A program made the translations under genes and the position numbers. Below the pieces are notes generated by a model that was given only the letters and a program-made list of their open reading frames with translations, was not told the origin of the DNA and searched no databases. Shown here piece after piece: positions 23,539 through 39,000 of a stretch of DNA of 64,000 nucleotides; the first letter of the stretch is position 1; each line of letters begins with the position of its first letter. Location: assembly GCF_009914755.1 (NCBI RefSeq), contig NC_060947.1; one strand, given 5' to 3'. Origin of the DNA: the human T2T-CHM13v2.0 reference genome, Homo sapiens.

Positions 23539-25190
23539 AGAAAACCACTCTTAAAATACAAATACACAACTCCACATCTGTTTTATTGCCAAATAGCTAT
23601 AGATACTTAGAGCTTGCTTCTCTTTCTTCAACCAACCCGACTTTTTTATTCTTTGCCCACTGTAAGTAAATATAAATGGGCTTCTCAGCAATAGGTGGAT
23701 ATCTAACTTAGCATTTTGGCTATGACTGGATTTTGATATATAGTTCTAGACATTAAAAAAACACACAAGAGAAGCATTATGAAGAAATGAAACCAGGAAA
23801 CAATAAATGTATTTTGGTTTTAGAACCACACGGGGCAACCAAGAAAACTAAATTTCAAAAATCAGGAGCAACTCAGGAGACACATGATCCTAGTTTTATG
23901 TGTCAGCAAGATAACAGTATAAATGAGAAGGTATAATTTACCATTTGAGAACAGATAGGGGACAAGAAACAATGTTATACAACAGAGAAAAAGAAACCTC
24001 CGTATGTATTAGGGAAGAATAATTTCACAGCAAAACAAAACCCACATTTCCCCAGGCCTCACTGCCTCATGTAAATAAGAAAACTCAAATTTTGCTGGCT
24101 CTTGTCTCTACATACACATTCAGCACCTCATCTGCTATAAGGGATCTATGAAGCATTTCTGGGAGTTATCAGGGGGCATTTCACAGAAACAAGCAAACAC
24201 CACCGTTCCTCCACCTCTGCTATAATATCATGCATTTCTACGCTTGCTGTCTTCTGTAGCAGCAGGGACTCATGGCTTCACAACGCCAGAGTTTGACAGT
24301 CATCATTGACAAAGTAGGGGGGAAATGCCTCTCTCTTTTCCTTTAGTGCGGCACTCCACCTGTGTACCAAGTAGTACTGCTTATGCCTCAGACTATTACA
24401 GATAATTTTAGAGAAAGAGCTTTCAATTTTAAATGACACCCTCCCCCGCCCACCATCACAGAGGATTTGACCCAAGATGGCAAGAGCCAAAGACAAGCTC
24501 ATAACAGATCCCACGTAATACTCAGCATCATCTTGATGACCAAGGTCTATTGTGGTTTTGTGCTTGTTTTGTTTTATTATTACTAGGTCTTGCTGGTCGT
24601 TCATTCCAAGCTGTTTACTTCTTTCTCCCTGAAGATAAGTTCTTCTTCATGAACTTTCTCAGTCTCTGTTTTATAAATGTCAGAATCTTATACTACCACA
24701 CTAAGCCCCATTTAGTCTATAATACATTCATTATATTGTAATATACAATTAAAATCTGGTTTTAGAAAGTAATGCAAGGAAATAAATAAAAGCATGACAT
24801 TCATCCAAGTAATACTTATTAATCAAATACTAGGGGCCAGGCAGCAGTGCTAGGGCCTTGGAGTACAAATATGGGTCTTGCCCTTAAAAACTCAGAGCCT
24901 CATGGGAAAGACATATGATATAAATTTCATAATATAAGTGTTCAAAAAGTGCTAAAAAGAGCAACTAACCGCCTGGAGAATTCAAGAGAGGCTTCATGAT
25001 GAAAGTGGCCTTTGATCTATGTTTGGAAGGATGAGTAGTAGTTTGGGGGAAAACAAGAGGAATAGGCTTTTCAGATAAAGGAAATGACAAAAACATGTGA
25101 TGGAGATATGAAGGAGTAAAGTGGCAATGATGAAAAGTTAGTTTGTTGTAGCAAAGAGCCAGCAGGGGGTTTAAAGTAAAGGATTACATG

Positions 25191-25195
<5 letters not shown>

Positions 25196-25231
<36 letters not shown>
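25196..25231. repeat. Perfect (AC)18 microsatellite
   Basis: Read directly. Confidence 0.95.
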
Positions 25232-25233
<2 letters not shown>

Positions 25234-25454
25234 AAATGAGTTTGAGGCTGGAGACAGATTTTGGGGACATCTGCACATATATATGTTTATTGAAACCTTG
25301 GGATCACCCAGAAAGGACATCTCAAATGAGAGGGTTGAGGATGGTACATTTGGGAATTATAATATTTAAGAGGTAAATAGAGAAATCAACAAAGGATACT
25401 CAGAAAGAAAAAAAAATTAGGGAAGAAGAGAAGCAGTAAAAAGTGGTACCTAAG

Positions 25455-25583
25455 AGCTGGGCATGGAGGCACGTGCCTGTAATCCCAACTGGCAAGAGGA
25501 ATACTTGAGCCCTGGAATTTGAGACCAGCCTGGGCAACATAGTGAGACCCTCTCTTTAAAAAAAAAAAAAAAGAAAAAAAAAA
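25455..25583 (+). mobile_element. FLAM / Alu monomer
   Basis: Single arm with A tail; flanks AAAAAGTGGTACCT / AAAAAGTAGTACCT. Confidence 0.85.
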
Positions 25584-25768
25584 GTAGTACCTGGAAGACC
25601 AAGAGTAGAGAGAATTTCAGAATGGAGAATTAGTCAACATGGTCACATCCTATAGAAAAGCTAGGCAGAATGACAACTGATAATTGACCAATGGGTTTTT
25701 CAACTAGCAGATTACACCTGACCTTTTCCCATGTACTTTCAATGTAATTTTGAGGGCCAAGAGGCAGC

Positions 25769-26112
25769 TTCTTGTTTTTTTTTTTTTGTTTGTTTGTTTT
25801 TTTTTTTTTTTTTTTTTTTTGAGACAGGGTCTGACTCTGTCACCCAGGCTGTAGTGCAGTGGTGCGATCACCACTCCCTGCAGCCTCAAACTCCCAAGCT
25901 CAGATGATCCTCCCACCTCAGCCTTCTGTGTAACTGGGATGACAGGTGCATGCCACCACGCCCAGCTATTTTTACTTATTTATTTATTTTTTTTGTAGAG
26001 ATGGGGTTTTGTCATGCTGCCCGGGCTGGTCTTGAACTTTTGGGCCCAAGCCATCTGCCCGCCTCAGCCTATCAAATTGCTGGGATTACAGGCATAAGCC
26101 ACCACGCCACAC
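25769..26112 (-). mobile_element. AluJ
   Basis: Long poly-T and a diverged dimer; flanks CCAAGAG(G/C)CAG. Confidence 0.92.
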
Positions 26113-26581
26113 CAAGAGCCAGGATATAATGCATTAAATAATGAAGAATATATTTTATACCTTGAATGCTGAGATTTGAGGGAAAGAAAAGTAGTTAGAA
26201 GACAATGAAAAGATAAATTGTGTCTCTTTTAGAGATTCTGACAGGAAACGCTAGACACACCAAAGATCTTGAATGGAATTGTCAATCACTAATAATTATG
26301 CCAAATTTTACTTTCAAATATGTGATGCCCCCTGCTTAATTCAGTTGCATTTGTTGAGCATATACTGTGTGATTTAGCTAAACTACCTTAGCATGCCTAG
26401 TGATTTGTAGTTGTGTGATATGTAATTCATAGCCTCCAATGTAGAGTTTTACTCTCATAAGTTAAAATGAAGAACATTTATGGCTCATACAAAGAGGGAC
26501 TGGATTGAGGGTAGAGGAGAGATATTCTTGAGTTAACAGGGTAGAAGAGGGTAGGATGGAAAAGGTGCCAAAAATGAATAG

Positions 26582-27219
<638 letters not shown>

Positions 27220-27521
27220 TTAAGAAAATCTTTGTCAACTTCAGAATTAACTGGTTTGCAAAGGGTGAAAGTCAGGAGCAGGTGGGTGGTAGTACATATG
27301 TAATTCTCTTGATGGGAGGGAAGCAGGTGGTCGAATAGGGGCAAATCAGATATCCTTATGCTAGCCACTTAGTTTTCTCAGCAGCATGAGTCCAGGAGTC
27401 TCGGAGAAATGATAAACATCCAGGTGATAGTTAATAACATGAGGGTGGGTCAGATAATCTCTGGAGAATGAGTAGAGCAGTGATCCTAAGACAGAACCCT
27501 GGAGAAAAGAAACATTTATGG

Positions 27522-28430
<909 letters not shown>

Positions 28431-28570
28431 CATGTACCTGAGAGGATGACTAAAATAAGGATTGGAAAGGATCCACTGGATTTCACTAATAGAAATTCAT
28501 TGGTGACCTTAGCCAAAAGAGTTTCAGGAGAATCTGTTTGGAGGGAGGCGATAAGAAAGGGGTAGAAGTA

Positions 28571-28792
28571 GGCTGGGCGCAGTGGCTCACGCCTATAATC
28601 CTAGCACTTTGGGAGGCTGAGGCCGACAGATCACCTGAGGTCGGGAGTTCGAGACCAGCCTGACCAACATGGAGAAACCCCGTCTCTACTAAAAATACAA
28701 AATTAGCCGGGCATGGTGGTGCATGCCTGTAATCCCAGCTACTCGGGAGGCTGAGGCAGGAGAATCGCTTGAACCTCTGTCTAAAAAAAAAA
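28571..28792 (+). mobile_element. AluSp with a ~70-bp deletion in the right arm
   Basis: GAGGTCGGGAG and CATGGAGAAACC diagnostics; jumps from GAACC to TCTGTCT-A tail; TSD AAAGG(G/A)GTAGAAGT. Confidence 0.9.
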
Positions 28793-28972
28793 GGAGTAGA
28801 AGTCAGATTGCATTGAGTTCTCAAGTGCTATTAGAGACCACTTAATTTAGTGTCTTTTTTTCATCACTTCATATGAATCTTCTGATGAAGTGTGTACCTG
28901 TATTGGCTATGTAATTTTTGTTTGTTTCCATTTTCTTTTTATTTTTAAATGAAAATTAAATTTTACTTTTGG

Positions 28973-29279
28973 GGCCAGGCGCAGTGGCTCACGCCTGTAA
29001 TCCCAGCACTTTCGGAGGCTGAGGCAGGCGGATCACGAGGTCAGGAGATCGAGACCATCCTGGCCTATATGGTGAAACCCTGTCTCTACTAAAAATACAA
29101 AAATTAGCCGGGCGTGGTGGCACATGCCTGTAATCCCAGCTACTGGAGGCTGAGGCAGGAGAATGGCTTGAACCAGGAAGTCAGAGGTTGCAGTGAGCCG
29201 AGATCGTGCCACTGCACTCCAGCCTGGCGACAGAGCGAGACTCCGTCTCAAAAAAATAAATAAATAAAATAAAATAAAA
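28973..29279 (+). mobile_element. AluSc
   Basis: GGATCACGAGGTCAGGAGATCG and CCTGGCGACAGAG; TSD TTTACTTTTGG. Confidence 0.92.
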
Positions 29280-30294
29280 TTTACTTTTGGGACAGACATC
29301 ACATGTATTGGCTAATAAGATCTAGCTTTGCATTAAGGAAGCTAGAAACTGAAGATTGCTATGTAGTCTATCCTTGATCATTCCTTGACAATTAGAGAAC
29401 AAATTGAGCATGGACCATTTATCCCCTATTTATATGCAAAATTGTTCTAAGTAAGTATTGATGATGTTCTCTATAGAAATTTCAATCACTCACTTCCTTG
29501 TCTGTTCTCCTACACAATATTATCAGCTCTGCTGCACATTTCCTCATTGGTGATCCCTGCAGGAAAATAGGAGATAAGGTCAATTCTAGTTGACTTTTAT
29601 GAGAATATGATTATAGCAGGCTTTCTTTAGTTATTGGAATATGTGATAAGTTAGGACAAACAATTATGCAGCAATAAATTTATCTTGGTTGTTTTAAGTT
29701 CATGTCAAAAATTCAGACATGCTAATGTTGGTAGCTAAGCTCACACAACTACCTGCTTATTTACAAACTTGCAATTCAGGAATAAATGATTGGGATCTTA
29801 TATGGCAAGTGCATGATGCCAGTCTAACAGGAGCAGACGCTCTGTGCATTTGCAACTACAAAAAACAAAAAGATACTCAACAGGTTGTCATAAGTACCTT
29901 AAAATTTCTAGAAAATTAAGTGCTTTTACAACTAAAGGAAAATAAACATTTATTCTAATTGGTGGCCTTGATTATGGGAAAGTTTCTCTCATACAGGCTC
30001 ATTTCTATATTATTAAGTATTTTCCTAAATAGGGATAAGAAATTTTAAGCTCTGCTTGCTTTACAGCAGAATCCATCTGCTTTCCCAGTGGACATCCCAA
30101 GACAACCAGATTTACCTGGACATGAATGTACTTCTGACCCTTCAATTTTCATTAAACCTTTAGATACACCTCTTCTGTGTATTAAAATTTGAACCTTACT
30201 CCTGGTAGTTCCTTTTCTTGTTGCCCATTAAAATGAGAGGAGTGGAAGCTGAAAGAAGGAAGGAAGAAAGCAGTAGGTATCTTAAGCGCCACAG

Positions 30295-30637
30295 TTGTTT
30301 TGTTTTGGGTTTTGTTGTTGTTGTGATTGTTTGTTTTGAGGTAGGGTCACCCTCTGTCACCCAGGCTGGAGCACAATGGCATGATCATGGCTCTTTGCAG
30401 CCTTGACTCTCATGGGCTCAAGGGATTCTCCCCCACAGCCCCTCAACCCCACCCCCAGCCTCCCGAGTAGCTGGAACTATAGGCTCACAGCACTGTGCCT
30501 GGCTAATTTTAAATTTTTTTGTAGACAGAGTCTCACTATGTTGCCCATGCTGGTCTCGAACTCCTGGGCTTAAGCAGTTCCTTTGCCTCGGCCTCTCAGA
30601 GTGCTAAGATTACAAGCGTGATCCACTGCACTCAGCC
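30295..30637 (-). mobile_element. AluJ with a C-rich internal insertion
   Basis: Diverged dimer with a (TTG)n-like tail. Confidence 0.9.
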
Positions 30638-32848
30638 CACAGAACCCTTTTGAGATTTCAGTTCTTCTATTATTTCTTGGTATCTTTTGCATTTGCAAAA
30701 TACCTTGAATCTAAGATAGTGCCTCACCTATTCCGGGAAGCCTTTTAAAGTTATGCTCAAAGTCAACTCTCTTAAAGATATATTGATAGATGATACAAAG
30801 TATAAAAATACTATGCTTATAACTATATTCTGCTGTTAAAAGATTGTGATTTATTTTTAGCACCTAGCACATAACTCATAGCATATGCTTTTGATACCTG
30901 CTTGTTGAATACTTCACAATTATTTTAAAAAGATTGAATCTACACAAAAGCCTGTTTAATATATTATACCTAAAGCTGTCTCTGAAGTTTGAAATTTGAG
31001 GGATGGAGGAAATAGAAATTGTATTCTACATCACTGTAAATGAAATCCCATTAAAGCTGAGTTTTTATGAGCAAGCTCGCATGTCCTATGTATGTTACCT
31101 TCACGTGACCTTTCTACTCAGTAATGTTTATGCTTGACAAGTAAAGAAAAATGCCGACTTTATATAAAAAACACAATGTAACTGTATGCCATTATTCTTA
31201 TTCTTACATTCATTGTGTTTGCATTTGACTGCTACCCCTATGTCATTCTCAACTCAAATCATGGTTTGTTCCACTCCCACATGGCTACTTAGAGGGCAAA
31301 TTCCTAAATACTGCCAGAGAAAATAAGAATAGAGTGACAATAATACCCTTTTGTTTCAGCTTTACATATGTTCTCGTCAGTCTTTGCAAATACTGTGATG
31401 CTCTATAAGATGGGGAAATAGAAGTTAGTGAATTTCTTTAGAATATCAGTAAGTAAATAATTGCTTTTCCAACTGTCACACTTATTTGCTCAGAAGAATA
31501 GATCTTTCTCGTTTAAGGGTTTTATTCAGTTCTACGTAATAGTATGTAAGACTGTTATAAGGATTTGATCTGTTTGTTTGAGGGACTTCTGGAATCCAGG
31601 ATGGTATTTTCCCTTTCCACTTGGGAAGGTTTTAGCTTCAGATTTTAGGTTTACTGGTCTGTTCTATTGTTTGTCTAGCATAGATACAGTATACCACAAG
31701 CAATACAATACTCTCTGGGCAATGAACAGGAATTTTTTTTTTTTTAATTTCATACATTATTCACAAATCTGCAGTGGTTTCAGAAAGTCAGTGTATATCC
31801 TGGACACAAAGAAATGAAAAACAAAAACAAGGGTATGATTTTCATATAGTTCTTTGGAAAGTTAATGCTATTGTGCATGGATTTCATTTTTATTTCAGTT
31901 ATAATACCTGTTCGAGCTTTAGCAGCCTTATAGTTATTAATCAAAAGTGTACATGTTTATCTTTTTTCATAATAAACCGATAGATTATCTCCAAATACTT
32001 GGAGCTAAACTATGAAGGAATGTTTGTATCAGGAGGGGTAAGCAATATGATTTTCTGTGGATAATCCAGTGTTTATTTTAATTATGTTTGTGACATCATC
32101 TCAGTTGTCTATATCAGTACTACCTTATGTGGAAGAGATAATGAGAAATGACAGCGCTTTGTACATAATATTTGTGGATTTAATTCTATTGTCATATCAT
32201 CAACCATAAACAATCATGAATTGAAAAGAAAAAGGACTTTAAAAAGTACTTTTCTAGTACATAGATTTTACTTTATGGTCCAAATTTAAACAAACTCTTT
32301 TGCACCTGGAAGAACATTATAATAAGCTCAGTTAGTAGTCCTAAAAACCCAGAACGTGGAAGCACCCAGATGATGCCTATCCTTAGTGACTGGGTATAAT
32401 AAATTAGTGAGTAATTATTAGAAATTATTAGAAAATAAATTTAGAAATGAAGTTCCAACATCATGTGTTTCTAGGAAATTATTAGAGAATCTTTTAAATG
32501 TTGAATTTCCATAGGATACAGGTTGGGAAGGACAAATGGGAAGAAAAATGTCACATCTAACAATTGAAATAATTTTTTTTTGTTGCCATAAACAGTATTG
32601 ATCAGTTTGCATGGCTTATTTAGAACTGAAACTTCCTGGCAGAGGAAGATGCAAAGCACTGAGAAAATATTATGGGCAAGTTGAATGCTGTCCACACAGA
32701 TTGTAAGCATTATAGATTATCCCTTTTTCACTTTTTTCCTGCTTCCCGTACTTTATGGTCCTGAGGCTTTTTGCGCACTACTTTCCTCACTTTGTTCTCC
32801 TGATTCAGAAGAATTTTGTTTTATCTGTTTATCTCCCTCGTAACACTG

Positions 32849-33185
32849 TTTCTTTTTTCTTTTTCTTTTTTGAGAAGGAGTCTCGCTCTGTTGCCCAGGC
32901 AACAGAGTGCAGTGGTGCGATCTTGGCTCACTGCAACCTCTGTCCCCAGGATTCAAGAGATTCTCGTGTCACAGTCTCCTGAGTAGCTGGGATTACAGGT
33001 GCCCGCCACCATGCCCAGCTAATTTTTCTTATTGTTTTTTGTTGTTTTTTTTTTTTTGTATTTTTAGTAGAGATGGAGTTTCACCCTGTTGGCCAGGATA
33101 GTTTCAAACTCCTGACCTCAGGTGATCTGCCCGCCTCGGCCTCCCAAAGTGCTGGGATTACAGGCGTGAGCCACCACACCCAGCC
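32849..33185 (-). mobile_element. AluS
   Basis: Full dimer with an expanded mid linker; flanks CCTCGTAACACTG / CCTCACAACACTG. Confidence 0.93.
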
Positions 33186-34954
33186 CCTCACAACACTGGT
33201 TTTCACCTCCATTGCCCCAACCTGCTATTCTACACATTAGTTGTGGGTAAGAAAAACTGGGGGGAAAAATCAGGAAAATATAGGTGTCTAAGCATTGTTT
33301 CAAGTCTTTTATCTGTCTTAAGTCTCAGCATTCTGTCTGGTTTATGGGGGGGAAAAAAAACCAAGAGCGACGATACACATTACTCCAAATAAACCCTCTC
33401 TTAATTTATGTAAAATTGTTCTAATCTTGGTGGGGGTGGGGGAAGAAGCGTTTAAAAGGGATAGATAAAAATTCCTGGATGAAATTCTTGGTTGCCAGCC
33501 TTTTTGGAATTATGACCTCATCACCACTGGAATTTACAAGTGTTTGTGATAGTGAGTAAGGCATCAAGTAGATAATTAACCTTTTGTATTTCTATATTAA
33601 TGATTTCATCAATTAGTATACACAATTGCAAAATGACTACATAATTATTTTGCTCTCAAAAAAGTCTACACTCTTAAAAAAACTTTAAAAGGAAAAAATA
33701 TCTTTTCATAAAAGTTCCTCAAACTACAGTGCATATTTATTTACATTTGACAAGTGTGAATGTGTTTAATGAAAAGGAAAAAATTCTGTATTTCAATATG
33801 TAGAACAGGTTGGTAGGTTTAGCATTTTTTATTTTTGTCTCTCCAAATTCAGTCAAAATAGTTCTTACTAAAACAGGTCATACTTAAATTCTACTCTAGG
33901 GGGAGTTCTTTATTATTAAGGCATGTAAAACAAAGAAAAAAATAATTTAAAGCACTTTCCTTATAACCTAATTGATATGTTAATGTTTTTCTCTAATATT
34001 TTGAAAATATACACCTATGTTCATCCACGTGTTTTTGTTTTGTTTTGTTTTTTAAACTTGGAGGCTTGCTCCAATAAAAGTAGGACTCTGTAGTGCATGT
34101 GTTTATCTGTTTACCTAAACTGAAGTATGGCCCCAGGAAAATAGTATATTTGATTGATTGTGTGTGGTTTTTTTAAACCAAATCATGCAAATCATTTTAA
34201 TTATGCATAACTTCAAACTACTACTTAACTCCCATTCTTGACAATTAAAGAGGTTTTGTTCTCCTAATTGGGTGGGTTATAAAAGTTAAATGTTGCAAAA
34301 AAAAAAAAAAAACTATGAAAGAAGCTCAATTTCGAAGTATGGCTTCCTTTCTGGGCCCTATAATATGTGGTACATGTCCTGGCATAATTGAAGGTAAAAA
34401 GGGTAGTGGTTAGGTGGAATTCATCACAGAGTATCTCTTCCTCTGTCTCCAAAGCTGCTTTTGCACCAATTAGCTATGACCTTTTCTTCTAGCCTTGGGG
34501 TGTAAGATTACTAGGGGCAACAATTTCTGAAATATTTTCTTTCTAATATTAGTTTAAGCAAATTTCCTTGCAGAGCTGACTATTCTTTCATGGTTTCTGG
34601 TTTTCTTTTTCTTTTTTTTTTCTTCCGTCTGCTGCTTCTTTCCACTAAGCTGCTAAATCTTTCGCTGAGGAATTAAATGTAATGTTTCTAGAAACATTAA
34701 TAGCTTGTGCCCTTTTCTGAGTGTCCTACTTCAGAAATATTGCAGCTGCAGTGGTATTACGGGCTATCATTTCTTCCTGTTTCTCTCAGCAGGGAAGTTC
34801 CAGCTTTAAGGTAGATCTGAGTTCTTTTATTCCTGGGCTAGGTCTCGGAGATTTTCTTTTTCTCAATGATGTGAATGCCTTAGTCAGGGTTTTAAAAGCC
34901 TATTGCTTCTTTGTCAACTTATTTCACATTGGTTCACTATGCAGCTCATAGTAA

Positions 34955-36035
34955 TAATGGAGACCGGGCAAGAGTATAAATGAATAATTATAAATCAAAC
35001 CCTCCTATTGGAAAAGCAACCCAAAGCAGGGGGCTGTGTGGGTACTGTCATGGTAACCTCACCTCTAGAGATGGTGGGTGGTGCGTTAGCTCTGTATGTA
35101 ACAGGGAAAATCCTCCACAGGCTGTAAAATGTTGAAAGCACGGTTAAAATAAAAACAAACCACCGTTACATTTTTTACGGTAGTTTGGGTTATAGGACTA
35201 CAATGTGGCCAAATGAAAAGGTTTTTTAATTTGACTTGCGTGTGGGGCAGAGAATGGCAGGGCTTTGTTGAGGCTCCCTCCCTTGTTTATTTCTTCCCCT
35301 CCAAAGCATGCCTGTTAGATGGTTCTTCTTTCTTATCCCATTTCACTTGTCATTTTATTTGTTTTCAATTTAAATATCACGCTATTTAAGAAATAGTCAC
35401 TGCTTTTGAAGTTTATTTTACAGAGCTGTAAGTTTTATTGAGACAAAATAATTTTCTAAAAATATTAGTTGAGAAAATTAGCTAAATCCTTTTCAAATAA
35501 TAAAAGAAGGCAGATTTAACTTATTCAATTTTGACATCTAATTTGAATCTTTTGTGCTTGTTGTCCTAAAAGCTACTACCACTTGTTAAATTTGAACAAG
35601 TGGAGAGAACAAAACAGACATAGTAGAATATTCTACTTAACTAGCTTTAAATTAATTTTAGATTACACAGAACCACATCTTCATTATTAAAGTCAGAAAT
35701 TCAATATATATTCCAAATTGTTCTACTCTTCTAACTCCTTTAATAATGTCAAGATTTTGTAACAGGAAAACAGGGAATTAATATTTTGTTATGGTATAAA
35801 TGTTTTTCTTTCTAACCTAACATGAAACTAAAAATTATTTTTTCCCACACTTATGACTCTTAATAGCTAATTGAAACAGAACTCACATGAGTAATTTATA
35901 TTACCGACTACCTGCCACTTAAGCGTTAATAGAGACTGAGCAAGAATATAAATGAATAATTACAAATCAAACCCTCCTTTTGGAAAAGCACCCCAAAGCA
36001 GGGGCTCTGTGAATACTGTCATGGTAACCTCACCT
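34955..36035. repeat. Direct repeat pair, 34955-35064 and 35927-36035
   Basis: Manual alignment: 110 vs 109 bp, about 10 substitutions and 1 gap; flanks unrelated. Confidence 0.93.
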
Positions 36036-39000
36036 TTATGGAAAGAGAAATAAAGTTTTGAAATAAAAGGAAATAAGCCTACTTTGAAAAGATTGTATAT
36101 CATTAACAATTTTTGTGGTTTATATTTTCCTGAATAAGCTAGTTTTAAAACATATAAACACATTAAGTTGGAAGTGAATCTTACTAATGCCAGCACTAGT
36201 TATAATTCATGATTAGCACTGGGGCAAGCTGATAATTTGAAAATCTCACAGATTTTTACTGCTATTTGTACCCGTCTATGTTAACTGTACCAATGATAAA
36301 ATAATAATCAAAGGACTGATGGCTTAATATAATAGCTATTGTGTTCTAAATATCTTTTATGCTTTGACATTAAATGTCTCTCTTGCTTTCGTATCTGCTT
36401 TCAAAAATCTACTACCCATTCCTGATAGTATTTAACTGGAGTTATTAGTCCTTTGACAGTGCTGCATGCTATTGACAGTATCTTTTAATTTGCTTAATTT
36501 CCTGACATTTGCTATGTTAATTTTTTACTTTGGGACTTTTTAATGCCAGATTTGTGCTTAAAATAGAAAAGCCCTCTACTAATAAGATTTAGTCATATCA
36601 CCTAAGTACTACAGAGTTGTCCCAGATGTAATAGGGAGAGATAAAGAAGGGATCACAGATAATAAGTTTTCTCTGCTTTCCCCACAAAGTTATTACTACA
36701 AGCTTTAAGTCTCAGCTTTTATTGATAAATATAAGTACAGGTTATCTAAGGAAAGCCTATGCCTATTTATAATAGCATTCAAATCTGGTGTTAGTAATTG
36801 CTTTAGGCCACACCACTCCATAAACAGTCCCAAGGCAATTTGAAAACAGGTATTTGTTGCATAATCTGTTTTTATTACAAATGCCTTTTGTTTTATGATT
36901 TTTGTATTAAAGTAATGAAACTAAATAATACTTTCTGGTTAACTAGCAGGTAAACGACTTTATGCAATATAGATGTATTATATTTTGTGAAACTACCGAT
37001 GGTCATTCAAAGGGAAGATTGTTGGGAAGGGGTGGAGGAAGGTAGTATTTTCAATTGGTTACCCGGCTTTTAACAAAACAATTCCTATTATAATCCCAGG
37101 GAATTTCATCTGACTAAATCTCCACTCAGACGACAAGCAAGGAGTGAGAGCTGCAGCCAAAGGGACAAAGAGTGGGGGGAACCAGTGGCTGAATGAGTCC
37201 CACCATGGTGCCCTTTAGTGGGTCCCATTGTGCCGTGGGTTAGCACTTCTCACCATTGCTTATGAAAATACTCAGCATTGAATAATGCTGTATGTCTTAC
37301 ATTCTACTCACTAAAATTGCTTATGCAATTTCAATTGGCTATGGTATTTATCATTTACTGTCCTCTGCATTATATAGCATGGTTAAGCCTAAGAAGCAGC
37401 TGCCTTTTTTTTTTTTAAGTGGATCAAGCGATTGTTATGTATTGTGTGAATATCAGTTCAAGTTTCTTGAGTGCTGTAGCATCTAGATGAAGGGTAGTAA
37501 ATAAACATTAGGCTCTTAAAATAAAAAGACTTTTATGCGATTCTTCAAATTCTACATTGCCTGGAAATAAATAGTGGCTATTGGTCCCTTTTATTTTAAT
37601 AAAATTTAGATATATCCACCAGCTGTGAGCACATATAAATCTGCACTTTAATGTTAATGGAAGTTAGGCATGGGTATCAAGAGGTAAAAATCCTAGAAGA
37701 TATTATAAAATCATGTTATGTAGCTCAGTTTTTACAGTGGTTCGAATGTAAGGGGTATTCTACATGCCATAAATTACTATGTATACAATCTTTAACCTAC
37801 AACATCCTTGAATAAATAGCTTTAGAATCATAAGCTTGGTTAGTTTCTTTTAAAGTATAGGGAGGCGGTGAATGTATTTTAATTATAAAAGCCTCTTAGA
37901 AAATCTGACATGGTAAAAGGAGCTATATTATGTGTACACGTATGTAGCTCCTTTGGTGTTTGGTAAGAGCACTAGTTGCCACTCTAGTATTTTTTCCCAT
38001 TGTCTGCTCAGGCTGTTTTCGGTCTGAGACTTTCTCATCCCGCAGCCCCCACCTCTGTATAACTTTTGCCCTGAGTCCTTCAATTGCATAGACTCTTTTC
38101 TTTCTCTTTTCATTTCTGAGGTGAATCTGGGAGCCCTTATGTCCCACAATTTACTGAAGTGCTATAATTATGGCCTTTATCTTTTATTAACATACCTACA
38201 TGCTATGCTTTTCTGTGGTAGCCCAGAATATTAATGCAATTAGCACCCTTCATTAAGATGTACTGTCCATTTTGAATGACAGCTTTAAGTCACAGGATAA
38301 GCCTCCTATACAATGGGCTACTTTTTTTTTTTTTTTTTAAAGGAAGAAGGGAAGATTTGTAATTTTTAAGAAGTGAAAACTTCTAGAAAATCTTTCATTG
38401 CTAATCCTCCCAAACCACCCAAAAAAGAGCAAGTTTTGACGTTGAAACTTCAGGAAATCTTCATACTGATAGGATCTTTTCCACACTTTAAAAAGTTAAT
38501 CCTTAAGTTAATCACAATGAAGACACCCTGCTTATTTCCTACAGTGGCTAAGAAGATAAAGTGAGATGGTGAATGTGAAACTTCTTTGAAACTTTTAAAG
38601 TGTATTTATTTAAAATTTGAATAGAGCTTTAAAGTGTTTAAAGATTATTATCAATACTATGTTAAATCAATGCCACTTAAACCCTTCAGTATCTTCCCAT
38701 TTCTTCTAGGAGAAATTTAAATTTTTTACAGTAGCTCAAAAGGCTCTGTGTGATCTGACATGTATGTACATTACCTGCCGCATCTCCAACAGTCCAACGC
38801 TGTGAGAAAATGTGATATCCATTACATTTGAACCACAAGACTGTTGTTATATTAGAAAGGGAAGCATTGTTTTGGTGCAGATATCTTCTAGTATTCATCT
38901 CTCAAATAAGTCTTTTTGGTAAAATTAAGCAGGATTTTGACATTAGAAGACATGATGCCGAATTTAAGTTGTATGATGATTATTTTGATGTTATTATGAA

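Noticed and set aside
34440-34950. Purine-rich minus-strand stretch resembling a processed pseudogene
   Set aside because: The frame I translated has about 5 stops in ~130 codons, no recognisable protein, and no tail or TSD in the right orientation; a tBLASTx search would settle it.
37090-37260. Locally GC-richer unique block
   Set aside because: Too short and CpG-poor for a CpG island; only weak motif matches.
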